This document shows positions 8,850 through 18,945 of a stretch of 64,000 nucleotides of DNA, one piece after another. The DNA is from Promethearchaeia archaeon. Lineage in GTDB: Archaea > Asgardarchaeota > Lokiarchaeia > Sigyniarchaeales > SOKP01. Within the stretch, counting starts at the first letter, position 1; each line of letters starts with the position of its first letter. The stretch spans positions 1 through 64,000 of the forward strand of contig JAHQWL010000096.1 of the NCBI GenBank assembly GCA_029856155.1, given 5' to 3'. A program made the position numbers and the translations under genes. Below the pieces are notes generated by a model. It had not been told where the DNA came from and did no database searches. It saw nothing but the letters and a program-made list of their open reading frames with translations.

Positions 8850-10373
8850 TTAACCATAATGATGTTCGTGAGGGACCATTTTGATATTAACTGGTTTCAA
8901 ATTACCAATTGCCCACCCTGTTACTTCATTAAGGGAAGGGTGAATAACCATTGAATGGTATATTGGCATAAATGATCCCGCTTCTGGACAAGCTCTTTCT
9001 ATTTTAGGTAAGTCTTTATCATCTTTATACTCGGGTAATGTACATGTAAATCCTGAATTCATCAAATAAACAAATGGTTGTACTAAAAGAGCTGCATGAG
9101 GTCCGATTACATGTGCTCCTAAGATTTTATATGATTTATCAACGATCAATTTTACAAAACCATCATCATCTTGATTACTTTCATAACCCATAGCAAATCC
9201 TTTTGCAACGGTTGAATAGTTCTTCACAGCTACAAAAATCTCGTAACCCTTTTCAATAGCTTCTGCTTGTGTCATTCCAACGTGACCTATTTGAGGGTAG
9301 GTAAAGATTGCCCATGGAACTGCAGAATAATTAACAGATCTTTTTTGATCTTCAGGACCAAATATATTATTTGTACAAATTTCTGCTTCATAATTTGCCT
9401 TATGTCTAAATTGATAAAGACCATTGGCGTCTCCTATACACCAAATATTATTTTTATTGGTTTCTAAGTATTGGTTAGTTTTTATCCAGCCTCTCTCATC
9501 AGTTTCAACCCCTGTATTTTCTACCTTTAAAAAATCTGCATTTGAACGTCGACCTGCTGCAATAAGTATTTCTTCTGCCATTATTTCTTTTTCTTTACCA
9601 GTCTCCATATTTTTAATTAAAACTGCTTTTTGTTTTTTATTCCAATATGCTTTAATTGCTTTTTCATTTAATAACACTTTCATATGCTTACTGAGGCTTT
9701 TTTGTAATAAGTGACTGATTTCAGGTTCTTCAGTTACAACCAAGCGTGGAAACATCTCTACAATAGTCACGTCAGTGCCCATTGCTGAGAAAATATGAGC
9801 GAGCTCTGCTGCTATAACTCCACCACCTATAATTATAAGGCTCCTCCATGGTTTTTTTGGAAATTTATCTCCAAAGAAGTCTTCATTAGTAATAAAATCA
9901 ATATCTTCTATTCCTTGAATTGGAGGGATAAAAGATCTTGCACCGGATGCAATTACAAATCGTTCACTTTTAAAATGTCCTATCTCTTCACCGTTTTTAG
10001 TATTTTTAACTTTCATCTCATATTCTCCAATAAATTCTCCAATTCCCTTGTATAATTTCAAATTAGGTACAGTAGAAAGCCCTTGATCCATCATTTTACT
10101 TTCATCGATTTGAGACCACATTCTTTTTGCTATTAAATCCCAATCAATATTTTCTATGTTGAACTTAATTCCAACTTTTTTGGCATGCTGAGATTCTCGG
10201 ATTAAATCAGCCGGATAGACCAACACTTTTGAAGGAATACAACCTCGTGTTAAACAGGTGCCCCCTATTTTAGTATTTTCTACAAGAGCACAATTCATTC
10301 CTAATTGAAGTCCGACATTCAAAACACTTAATCCTACTCCGCTTCCAATAACTACTAAGTCATATGTTTCCAT
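8850..10373 (-). CDS. Pyridine nucleotide-disulfide oxidoreductase (dihydrolipoamide dehydrogenase/mycothione reductase family)
   Basis: GSGVG FAD motif, GGTCLTRGCIPSK redox disulfide, GGGVIAAE, C-terminal HPSLNE. Confidence 0.92.
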   Translation of the reverse strand: METYDLVVIGSGVGLSVLNVGLQLGMNCALVENTKIGGTCLTRGCIPSKVLVYPADLIRESQHAKKVGIKFNIENIDWDLIAKRMWSQIDESKMMDQGLSTVPNLKLYKGIGEFIGEYEMKVKNTKNGEEIGHFKSERFVIASGARSFIPPIQGIEDIDFITNEDFFGDKFPKKPWRSLIIIGGGVIAAELAHIFSAMGTDVTIVEMFPRLVVTEEPEISHLLQKSLSKHMKVLLNEKAIKAYWNKKQKAVLIKNMETGKEKEIMAEEILIAAGRRSNADFLKVENTGVETDERGWIKTNQYLETNKNNIWCIGDANGLYQFRHKANYEAEICTNNIFGPEDQKRSVNYSAVPWAIFTYPQIGHVGMTQAEAIEKGYEIFVAVKNYSTVAKGFAMGYESNQDDDGFVKLIVDKSYKILGAHVIGPHAALLVQPFVYLMNSGFTCTLPEYKDDKDLPKIERACPEAGSFMPIYHSMVIHPSLNEVTGWAIGNLKPVNIKMVPHEHHYG

Positions 10374-10492
10374 AATTTCATTTTTATCTATATTGCTTTT
10401 AAAGTTTATAGTAATAATTTAAAGGATAGAATTGTAAGAATGGTTAGAAATAAAGTCTAAAAGTAGTATGAGTAGAGAATTATTTTAAAAAA

Positions 10493-12568
10493 TTAAGAAT
10501 TAGTAGGAATTAAAACCACAAAAATACTGCCATGTGTATAGTCTCCTTTGACTCTCTCCTCAACCCAAATATCACCAAGATAAATCTCTATTATTTTTTT
10601 CACAAGAGATAATCCAAGCCCCATTCCTTTACTTTTTTGTGATTTTCGTGCTCCTCTTTCAAAAATAATTTGTTTACGATAATCAGATATACCTACACCG
10701 TTATCTTTAAATTCCATTTTAATATAATTTTTACCACCTTTTTCTTCTTTACTAATATCAATAGTGATCTCGATTTTGGATTTATTGTTATGTCTGACAG
10801 CATTGATCAAAAGGTTTTCAAATACATCTAATAAAAGGTTATTTGCATATACATAATTTCTTTTAGTGGGAGTATTAATTTGAATATTAATATTTCTTGT
10901 TTGAAAACTAGATTGTAAAAATTCAATTGCATTGTTCAATATTCTGTTTACATCCATTTTTTCTAAAATAATTTCAGCTTCGTCGAGTTCAGTTATTTTT
11001 CTTACATTTGATATTAATTTTTTTGCTCTATTAACTTGTTCATCTACTATATCATATAACTCCTTTATTGTATGGAGTTTATCAGGATCATTTAAATACA
11101 GAGAGCTAAGTTCAACTGAGGAACTAATATTCTGAAGGATATTGTTGATATCGTGAGCAAAAATGTCTCTATAGAGATTAGCTTGATAATAGGCTTTTCG
11201 ATATTTCTCCTCGGATTTTTTTACCTTTTGCTCAGCAGTTTTTTTCTCGGTGATATTTAGAGTAGATTCAACAACACCTATGATATTATTATCTTTATCT
11301 CTGACAGGAATCCCTGCTACATACCAAATTCTCCCATCTGGAGTAGTCATTTCATTAATTGCGGGTTGATTAGTTTTTAATGATAGTAATACTGGGCAAC
11401 CTTCGCATGGTTCTTCTCGATTATTCCAAACCTGATAACATTTGCGTCCAATCAATTGTTCTGGCATTAAATTTACAGAATCAGCAGCAGCTTTATTAAC
11501 ATATATTATTGTATTATCTATAGTTTGATAGACAATATGTTCTAAAAGGCTTTCTAAGATAGCAGTTTTTTCATTTTCAGATTCTTGTAATTTTCTTGTT
11601 CGTTCTCCTACTATGTTTTTTAAAGCTTTATTTAACTCTTCTAATTCTCGTTCTGTTTTTATACGTTTTAAAGCATTTCCTATGATTTCTGAAGAAATTT
11701 TAAGAAGGTTTAAATCATCTTCACTCCACCTCTCTTGAGCTCTCACGTTATCAAATCCAATAAAACCAGATATATTTTCTCCTATTTTTAAAGGTAAAAA
11801 GAGGAGAGATTTTATATCTTCCCTTAAGAACTCAGTTTTTTCTGCTGAAGCTTCAGGAAGTAGATCTTCAACATTTTCAATGTTTAAAATCTCACCTTTC
11901 TTTATTTTATTTATTGACCAAGGAAATGCATCGATTGGTACATCTTTGATTTCTTCAATTTGCGACTTAACATTCTCAGCGCACCATTCATGAGTATTGC
12001 TCATTGTTATGTTGTCATCGTTAAATAAAAATACATAGCTTCGACTTGCTTGGCTTAAGATTCCAATATCTTTAAGAGATAAATTTATAGCTTTATCTAT
12101 ATCATCAGGATTTACAAATCGGGACGAAATCGTAGCAATTGCCTTTTCAAATTCTACTTTCTTTTTGAAGTTTTCTTGTACTTCAACAAGTTTCGTTTGT
12201 GTTTTAAAAATAGTTACAACTTTCTCAGAAGGTAATTTATATATATACATCTCTATCCAGCCATAAACTCTATCATCTTGATACAATGCTGTTGGAAAGT
12301 GTTCTGGTTTACCCGTCTTCCAAACCCTTCGTAAAGAATCAATAACACCAAATTCGGCTACATTAGGGAATACTTTAATAAGATTTTTACCAATTATTTC
12401 TTCTCTCGAAACTTGACAATTAGCTAAACCTGCTTTGTTCATTTCGTTTATTTTAAATGTTTCGCCGTTATCAGTTGTTTCATATATTGCTACTCCACTA
12501 CTAATATTCTCAAGAAATTCCTTAAATATCTTCTCAGTCTGATATAATTCTGACTCAATCAATTTCAT
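10493..12568 (-). CDS. PAS-GAF-PAS sensor histidine kinase
   Basis: H-box AHDINNILQ, N-box NLLINAVRH, DNGVG, GMGLGL; GAF motif SNTHEWC. Confidence 0.93.
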   Translation of the reverse strand: MKLIESELYQTEKIFKEFLENISSGVAIYETTDNGETFKINEMNKAGLANCQVSREEIIGKNLIKVFPNVAEFGVIDSLRRVWKTGKPEHFPTALYQDDRVYGWIEMYIYKLPSEKVVTIFKTQTKLVEVQENFKKKVEFEKAIATISSRFVNPDDIDKAINLSLKDIGILSQASRSYVFLFNDDNITMSNTHEWCAENVKSQIEEIKDVPIDAFPWSINKIKKGEILNIENVEDLLPEASAEKTEFLREDIKSLLFLPLKIGENISGFIGFDNVRAQERWSEDDLNLLKISSEIIGNALKRIKTERELEELNKALKNIVGERTRKLQESENEKTAILESLLEHIVYQTIDNTIIYVNKAAADSVNLMPEQLIGRKCYQVWNNREEPCEGCPVLLSLKTNQPAINEMTTPDGRIWYVAGIPVRDKDNNIIGVVESTLNITEKKTAEQKVKKSEEKYRKAYYQANLYRDIFAHDINNILQNISSSVELSSLYLNDPDKLHTIKELYDIVDEQVNRAKKLISNVRKITELDEAEIILEKMDVNRILNNAIEFLQSSFQTRNINIQINTPTKRNYVYANNLLLDVFENLLINAVRHNNKSKIEITIDISKEEKGGKNYIKMEFKDNGVGISDYRKQIIFERGARKSQKSKGMGLGLSLVKKIIEIYLGDIWVEERVKGDYTHGSIFVVLIPTNS

Positions 12569-12801
12569 TCACTTTTAAAGATTTATATTATAAGATTAAA
12601 TACCTCTATTTTTAACAAAATATATCAAATTTTTCAATAATCCTTCCAATTGAATGATTAAAACACATATATAGTCTGGTTATTTTATTTAAAGTTATGT
12701 GTTAAAATGTCGATTCTTAGCATTTTTCTAAAGTTTAGGTAATTTTATATTTGAACCTTTGAATGTATTATTGGAAAAAATAAAAAAATTAATATAATTA
12801 T

Positions 12802-14286
12802 TTATAATAAAGAGGGTAAGATTCTTGCTAGGGGTACGGCCAATCCTCCTAGGAGGCTCCCAATAGAGCTAAGTTTTTTAAGATAATCTTTAATATTCTT
12901 TGTTACCTTTACTGCACGTGTCTTTCCTTCTATAATTGTTCCATCCTCAGAGAGTAAGAAAATTTGAATGGTCTGCTCCCCGGTTTCTCTAGGTTCTAGG
13001 GTTAACCATGTTGTATCTCCATTTTCTAACATTGTTGATAAAACCCCAGCAATATCTCTACCTTCTGATGAAATTAGCGGAATAGGAGTATTAGGGATCA
13101 TAAATGCACCTCTTCCTTCAACTTCGATATTGAGTTTTAATTTATTTGGTTCAAACCCGGGGGCATTAATCTTAATTATATATTTCTTAGCTTCAGGAGA
13201 GTTATTATATAAAAAGCAAAATATATTCAATTCTGTATTGAGATAAACAACTTCTTGGGCTGATGAGTCCATATATATTGGATCTTTTGATGTTCGTTCA
13301 ATATTGTCAGCTAGTTCTAATTGCAATCTGTCTATTATATCAAAAAATCCAGGGTTAAATTTTTTGACATAATTAAATAATTTATAGATATCATTCATAG
13401 AGAAATACCATCTTTCTTCCATAAATATGCCTTTTTCAACATCAAAATTATCTGAATTTACATTAAGTATTTCTCTTAACTCTTGAATTAGTTGATCTCC
13501 TGATAGAACTTCTTGAAATTTTAGATAATAAAGAAATAATAGTTTTTCAATGGCGAAGGTAATGGGTAATTCATCTGGTTCCTCCGTTTTTATTTTTTGA
13601 ATAAAATCAGGGGTTAAAATTTTGTTTAATTCGGCTAAATATTCATCCCATTTAAGGAATGTCACTGGATCTAAGTGATTTGAAAGAATTTCAGCGAAAA
13701 AGTTATCTAGGAAAATTTGATGAGTGGTTGGCTTATAGAAATCTTGGAGACCATTTACATCATGAATATTTAGGTTTAAACTGCGAATTAATATTGCTAA
13801 GCCAAATCCTACTAAGGAAAACCCTGCTGCAGCAAATCCCAAAATATCTTCAATCCCAAGTAACATTACCAAAAATAACACTAAAGCTATAAAACAAATG
13901 AGCGATATTATTTTTAATAAATTAGTAACTCTTTTTACATTGTTAGCTAGTAAATCAAAACCATCAAGACTATCTATTGGTCGTCCTCTCTTTCTTTCAA
14001 AATTTAAACGCATTTTAAGTGAAGATTCAGTTGAATTTGCTCCTAATAGTAGCATTATTGAATTAAAAAAATAGACTGATAAAATCACATAAAAGATAAT
14101 TTTTAATGTGATATCAAGAGTAGTGAATAATGTAAGTACAGTTATTACTACTAGCACTATAGGAAGTGTAAAAAGCAATAATTTTCCAACCTTGGACATA
14201 TAGCTTATCATATTTCCTTGAAACTTTTCTTTTTTGAGAATTTTAGCTAAATCTTCTTCCAAATGTCTTTCCATTTTATTTTTCAT
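12802..14286 (-). CDS. Membrane protein of unknown function (about 4 N-terminal TM helices, soluble C-terminal domain)
   Basis: 494-aa ORF with hydrophobic segments. Confidence 0.8.
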   Translation of the reverse strand: MKNKMERHLEEDLAKILKKEKFQGNMISYMSKVGKLLLFTLPIVLVVITVLTLFTTLDITLKIIFYVILSVYFFNSIMLLLGANSTESSLKMRLNFERKRGRPIDSLDGFDLLANNVKRVTNLLKIISLICFIALVLFLVMLLGIEDILGFAAAGFSLVGFGLAILIRSLNLNIHDVNGLQDFYKPTTHQIFLDNFFAEILSNHLDPVTFLKWDEYLAELNKILTPDFIQKIKTEEPDELPITFAIEKLLFLYYLKFQEVLSGDQLIQELREILNVNSDNFDVEKGIFMEERWYFSMNDIYKLFNYVKKFNPGFFDIIDRLQLELADNIERTSKDPIYMDSSAQEVVYLNTELNIFCFLYNNSPEAKKYIIKINAPGFEPNKLKLNIEVEGRGAFMIPNTPIPLISSEGRDIAGVLSTMLENGDTTWLTLEPRETGEQTIQIFLLSEDGTIIEGKTRAVKVTKNIKDYLKKLSSIGSLLGGLAVPLARILPSLL

Positions 14287-14476
14287 CTTTTTAATATGAT
14301 ATACATTTCAAAATTATGTAATTACAATAATAACACTAGTTATTTAAAATATTTTTGTATAACTGTTATAGCTTGAAGATACTATTAAATCATCATTTTC
14401 GATAATCTAGTACAAATATATATTCAAACTAGAATACACTTATTTATTGATAAAACAACAATAAATTGAAGATAAA

Positions 14477-14968
14477 ATGGTAGCGAATGTAGGATCAAAT
14501 GAGAAAAGGAAGAAGAAATTTGATATAGATGAAGATGAGATTTTTAAATCATTAAATCATCGAGTAAGGAGAGATATTATCAAATTTTTAGGAGAGAACC
14601 CTGTATCTTTTACAGAAATTAAAAATAATTTAGAAGTTGTTGATAGTCCAACTCTTTCTTATCATCTAAAAAGTATCCACCCTTTATTAATACAAAAAGA
14701 AAATAAATATGTACTTTCTGAGATTGGAGAAGCCGCATTTAATTTATTGAGTAAAACAGATGAGTCAGTTAGGATCTCACGGTATAAAAGGAAATTCTTA
14801 TATGCATATTATATTACAGTGATTTGCTGGATAAGCGCTTCAACTATTATTCCATTTATCATAGGTGCAGATCTTGGTTTTTGGACGACCACCTATATTA
14901 GTATCGTCATAGATATTATTTCGACTATAAATTATGTAATAATCTGGACTTTAAGAAAGAAATATTAA
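14477..14968 (+). CDS. Membrane-anchored winged-HTH transcriptional regulator
   Basis: IFKSLNHRVRRDII...SFTEI...SPTLSYHLK plus two C-terminal TM helices. Confidence 0.85.
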   Translation: MVANVGSNEKRKKKFDIDEDEIFKSLNHRVRRDIIKFLGENPVSFTEIKNNLEVVDSPTLSYHLKSIHPLLIQKENKYVLSEIGEAAFNLLSKTDESVRISRYKRKFLYAYYITVICWISASTIIPFIIGADLGFWTTTYISIVIDIISTINYVIIWTLRKKY

Positions 14969-15259
14969 AATTTATAATTTAAAGTTATCTATATTGTAAG
15001 TTTAGATTATTATTTTCTTTTAATCGATAACCTTATTATTTTCTTTAAAGTTAAATTAAGTAAAGAATATTTTACTAAAAATAATTCCACTTTTATATTA
15101 ATATTTCAAGATTATTATTAACTAATTGAACAAAATTGCGTTTAAAATTTTTCAAAATTGTCAAAGTTTGGACTCCTATTCTTATAAAATATTTTGTTCA
15201 ATCAATAAAGTAAGTATAATAAAAATTAAAAAATGAAAGTTTAATGTGAATATGAAAAT

Positions 15260-16231
15260 ATGAGTGTAAGTAAAGATTCTATCGCAATTGAAATTAAAGA
15301 TCTTAAGAAACATTTTAAAGAAGTTAAAGCCGTGGATGGAGTGTCCTTGAAAATTAAAAAAGGTGAATTATTTAGCATTCTTGGACCTAATGGTGCAGGA
15401 AAAACTACATTAGTACGTATGTTAACCACTGTTTTGACTCCTACTGCAGGTGATGCTAACGTTAATGGACATAGCATTTTAAGCGGAAAAAATGAAATTG
15501 TAAAGAAAATTGGTGTGTGTCCACAGGTTATAACAATTTATGATGTCTTGCGGGCTGAAGAAAATGTTGAGTTTGTAGCGGCTATGCATGGAATGCCTCG
15601 TAAAGAAGCAAAGGAGAAAACCAGAAAATTATTGGAAGATTTTGGTATAGCGGGAAGAAAAGACTGGTCTAAAAACTTCTCAGGTGGTATGCAAAGGCGT
15701 TTAAATCTCACAATGGCTTTAATATTTGAACCAGAGATTTTATTTCTTGATGAACCCACCGCAGGTCTTGATCCTCAAGCAAGACGTCTTGTATGGGACT
15801 TTATTCGAGATTTGAAAAATAAGGATATTACAATTATTCTTATGACACACGATATGGTTGAGGCTGATTCTTTAAGTGACCATGTAGCAATAATAGATCA
15901 TGGTAAGATCATTGCTCAAGGAACTCCAACTGAATTGAAAGAAAGATATGGGAGTGATAATGCATTAGAAATCTCCTTCCTTGAACAAGACGACCTTGAA
16001 GTAGTGAAAAGCAATATAAAAAACATTTCTTTTGTCGCAAATTGGAGTGAAATTCTCAGGAAAGATAGAAAAACACTGTTAATCGCTTTTAAAGGTGGTT
16101 TAAAAAATCTTGTGAAACTTTTACAACAAGGATTTATTAACAACATTGATGAGGTTGAAAATATGAAGTTTAGACAAAACTCATTAGAAGATGTATTTTT
16201 AAATTTAACTGGAAGGAGGTTGAGAGACTAA
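15260..16231 (+). CDS. ABC exporter ATP-binding protein (DrrA-like)
   Basis: GPNGAGKTT, FSGGMQRRL, LFLDEPTAGLD, THDM. Confidence 0.96.
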   Translation: MSVSKDSIAIEIKDLKKHFKEVKAVDGVSLKIKKGELFSILGPNGAGKTTLVRMLTTVLTPTAGDANVNGHSILSGKNEIVKKIGVCPQVITIYDVLRAEENVEFVAAMHGMPRKEAKEKTRKLLEDFGIAGRKDWSKNFSGGMQRRLNLTMALIFEPEILFLDEPTAGLDPQARRLVWDFIRDLKNKDITIILMTHDMVEADSLSDHVAIIDHGKIIAQGTPTELKERYGSDNALEISFLEQDDLEVVKSNIKNISFVANWSEILRKDRKTLLIAFKGGLKNLVKLLQQGFINNIDEVENMKFRQNSLEDVFLNLTGRRLRD

Positions 16232-16232
16232 A

Positions 16233-17033
16233 ATGAAAATTATAGAAAATAAAGCTGCACAAATAGCTATCAAAAATCTTAAAGATAAGCTGCGACACTG
16301 GCAATATTTATTTTTTGCACTTCTATTACCTATAATGTTTACCATTATGTTTTATTTTATGCTTGGCACTGAAAAAGATCCAACTGGTCGAAGTAATTTT
16401 GATTATGGCTTTCCAGGGATGATTATTTATGCAATAGGTATAGGAACTATGAATGCTGCTATTATGTTTGCTCAGGATAAAAAATCAGGCATGTTAACTC
16501 GCTTGGATACTATGCCAACGGGTAGAAAAAATTTATTTTTAGGAGCACTAATTTCTGAATCACTTTTCTTAATGCTTCAAATTGCCATTATGTTTGTTTT
16601 TGGCTACGTTATACTAGGTTTATATTTTGAAGGTCCATTAGAATTATTTTTTGGATTCTTAATAGCTGTTTTATTTGGGATCTCTGCAGTTGGTTTGGGG
16701 ATTATGATCGCAAGTATATCTAAAACTGTTGAAATAGCTAATGCTTTTTCATTATTAGTATTCATGCTACTAATTTTTCTCTCAGGGAGTTTAATGCCGT
16801 TTGAAAGTCCTATTGTATATTTCACCCCCCCTTTTTGGGCTAAACAAATATTTCTACAACTTACTGTACTAGGGCATGGATTAAATGATAGTTTATATAG
16901 CAGTTCATTAATTGGAGCAGGCGCTGAAGCACTTCCGATTACTCTACTGGGTGGACTATTAATTGTAGTTGCTTTTTCGATTGGTTTCACTTTATTAGGT
17001 ATTTTAATTTTCCAGAAAAAAACCAAATTTTAA
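16233..17033 (+). CDS. ABC-2 type permease
   Basis: Six TM segments, GMLTRLDTMP motif; abuts the ATPase gene. Confidence 0.92.
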   Translation: MKIIENKAAQIAIKNLKDKLRHWQYLFFALLLPIMFTIMFYFMLGTEKDPTGRSNFDYGFPGMIIYAIGIGTMNAAIMFAQDKKSGMLTRLDTMPTGRKNLFLGALISESLFLMLQIAIMFVFGYVILGLYFEGPLELFFGFLIAVLFGISAVGLGIMIASISKTVEIANAFSLLVFMLLIFLSGSLMPFESPIVYFTPPFWAKQIFLQLTVLGHGLNDSLYSSSLIGAGAEALPITLLGGLLIVVAFSIGFTLLGILIFQKKTKF

Positions 17034-17053
17034 TTTTTTTTTCTTTTTTTCTT
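17034..17053 (+). terminator. Oligo-T archaeal terminator
   Basis: T9-C-T7-CTT immediately after the permease stop codon. Confidence 0.6.
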
Positions 17054-17316
17054 AAAAGATTAAGTCTCTATAACATTATTTATTGACCAAGTAACGATAT
17101 TGGTTGGTTTGATATGCTTTTCCGAGAGTTTAATTAAATAAATCAATTCTGGCATTGTTTTCTAAAACACTAAATCAAATTACATGATTGAATATTAAAT
17201 TATTTGGGTTTAAAATTTGTAATTTTTTATCAAATCATTTCTGAATATTAGTATCGGAAAGTACTAAAATTCTTAAAATTTTATCTAGTAAAGTAAGAAT
17301 ATTAGATGAATTAACA

Positions 17317-18339
17317 TTGTCTAGTTCTAAATTTGAATTAACTCAAATTAATGGAGTATATCGAATAAAAATAGCCGTTCCTTTCCCTGTCAAATACGTA
17401 TGTGTTTATTTATTTAAACTTCAGGGAAAGAATATCCTTATAGATGCCGGTTTAAATATGGGCAATTGGAAAAAAAAATTATTCTCTGCTTTCGAAGATA
17501 TTAATCTTTCAATTCAAGATATTGATTATTGCTTCATTACGCATATTCACACAGATCATATGGGTTTAGTTAAAATTCTTAAACAGAAAAATCCTAGACT
17601 TAAAATCTTAATGCATGATATAACTCATGATCTATTGAAATGGGAAACTAATGATGAGCAATTACCTGAATTAGAACAAGAAGCTAGACTAACTGCAAAC
17701 CAATTGATAAATTATGGACTCAGTGAAGAACAAGGAAATAGAATTGTTCAGTTTTTTACATATTGGCCGAAATTTTTAGAGTATCAAAAACCTGATATTA
17801 TAGTACACGATGGAGATATACTATTTGAGAGATTAGAAATTATTTGGACTCCAGGCCATAGTTTTGGTCATATTTGTATTTTTGATAAGGAAAATAAGTA
17901 TCTTTTCTCGGGGGATCACATTTTGAGTCGAATTACACCTCACATAGGGAATTTCATAATTCCTACTGATATGGCAGAAAAATACAAGGATCACGATTTT
18001 AATAATATTTTAAAGCATTATTTAGCCTCATTAGATAAAATAGACATGTTAAATCCAAAAATAATTTTCCCCGGGCACCAAGAGATAATTTACAATCCCC
18101 ATGAACGAATTCAACAAATTAAAGAACATCATCAAAATAGATTAACAGAGATTTCAAGATTAATCAAAGATAATCCTATGACTGCTTTTAGAATATCTCA
18201 AATCCATTTTGGAGAAGATTTAGACGAAATGAATTCTTATATGGCACTAAGCGAAGTGTTAGGACATCTTTTTTATCTTGAGGCAGAAGATAAAGTAAAA
18301 AAAGTTGAAAGAAATGGAAAACTTTTATATTATTGCTAA
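17317..18339 (+). CDS. MBL-fold metallohydrolase
   Basis: THIHTDHMG, TPGHSFGH, SGDH, PGH. Confidence 0.92.
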   Translation: MSSSKFELTQINGVYRIKIAVPFPVKYVCVYLFKLQGKNILIDAGLNMGNWKKKLFSAFEDINLSIQDIDYCFITHIHTDHMGLVKILKQKNPRLKILMHDITHDLLKWETNDEQLPELEQEARLTANQLINYGLSEEQGNRIVQFFTYWPKFLEYQKPDIIVHDGDILFERLEIIWTPGHSFGHICIFDKENKYLFSGDHILSRITPHIGNFIIPTDMAEKYKDHDFNNILKHYLASLDKIDMLNPKIIFPGHQEIIYNPHERIQQIKEHHQNRLTEISRLIKDNPMTAFRISQIHFGEDLDEMNSYMALSEVLGHLFYLEAEDKVKKVERNGKLLYYC

Positions 18340-18353
18340 TTTTAGTGAATAAT

Positions 18354-18944
18354 ATGATAGAGTGGATTAATTTTTCAATCCTAATTATCTCAACTATACT
18401 AATGGCATTTTTCTATATTAGAAGTGTAGGTCCTGCAAAATTAGAAAAAAAAATAGGTGAAAAAGCCTATAGGAGATGTGGAAATTATCGAATTATTGCC
18501 AGTGTTTTTGAACTAATTACTGCTGTTAATTTTATTTTATATTTCTTTTTTCCTTTACCAATTTGTATACCTCAATATTTTTTTTGGGATTATTGGATCT
18601 CTGTTATTCTTAGTTTATTCATTCTAATTCCATGTTTATATATTATGCTTAAGGGAGTTAAAGATGCTGGAAGAGAGGCTCTTTTCCCAGATAAAAAACA
18701 TACTCTCTATGAAGGTATATACAACAAAATTCGACATCCTCAAGCACTTGGAGAAGTGTTTATTTGGTGGGTAATTGCATTAGTGTTAAACTCTCCCTTT
18801 CTTTTTCTATATTCTATTGTATGGTTTCCAATTTTTTATTGGTTTTGTAAAGCAGAAGAAAAAGATTTAGAAATACGATATGGAGAACCGTATATTAACT
18901 ATAAAAAGCAAACAGGAATGTTCTTTCCAAAGAAAAAAAGATAA
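18354..18944 (+). CDS. Isoprenylcysteine carboxylmethyltransferase/PEMT family membrane methyltransferase
   Basis: GIYNKIRHPQ, EEKDL..RYGEPY..YK...GMFFP; ATG 18354 follows GTGA. Confidence 0.85.
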   Translation: MIEWINFSILIISTILMAFFYIRSVGPAKLEKKIGEKAYRRCGNYRIIASVFELITAVNFILYFFFPLPICIPQYFFWDYWISVILSLFILIPCLYIMLKGVKDAGREALFPDKKHTLYEGIYNKIRHPQALGEVFIWWVIALVLNSPFLFLYSIVWFPIFYWFCKAEEKDLEIRYGEPYINYKKQTGMFFPKKKR

Positions 18945-18945
18945 T

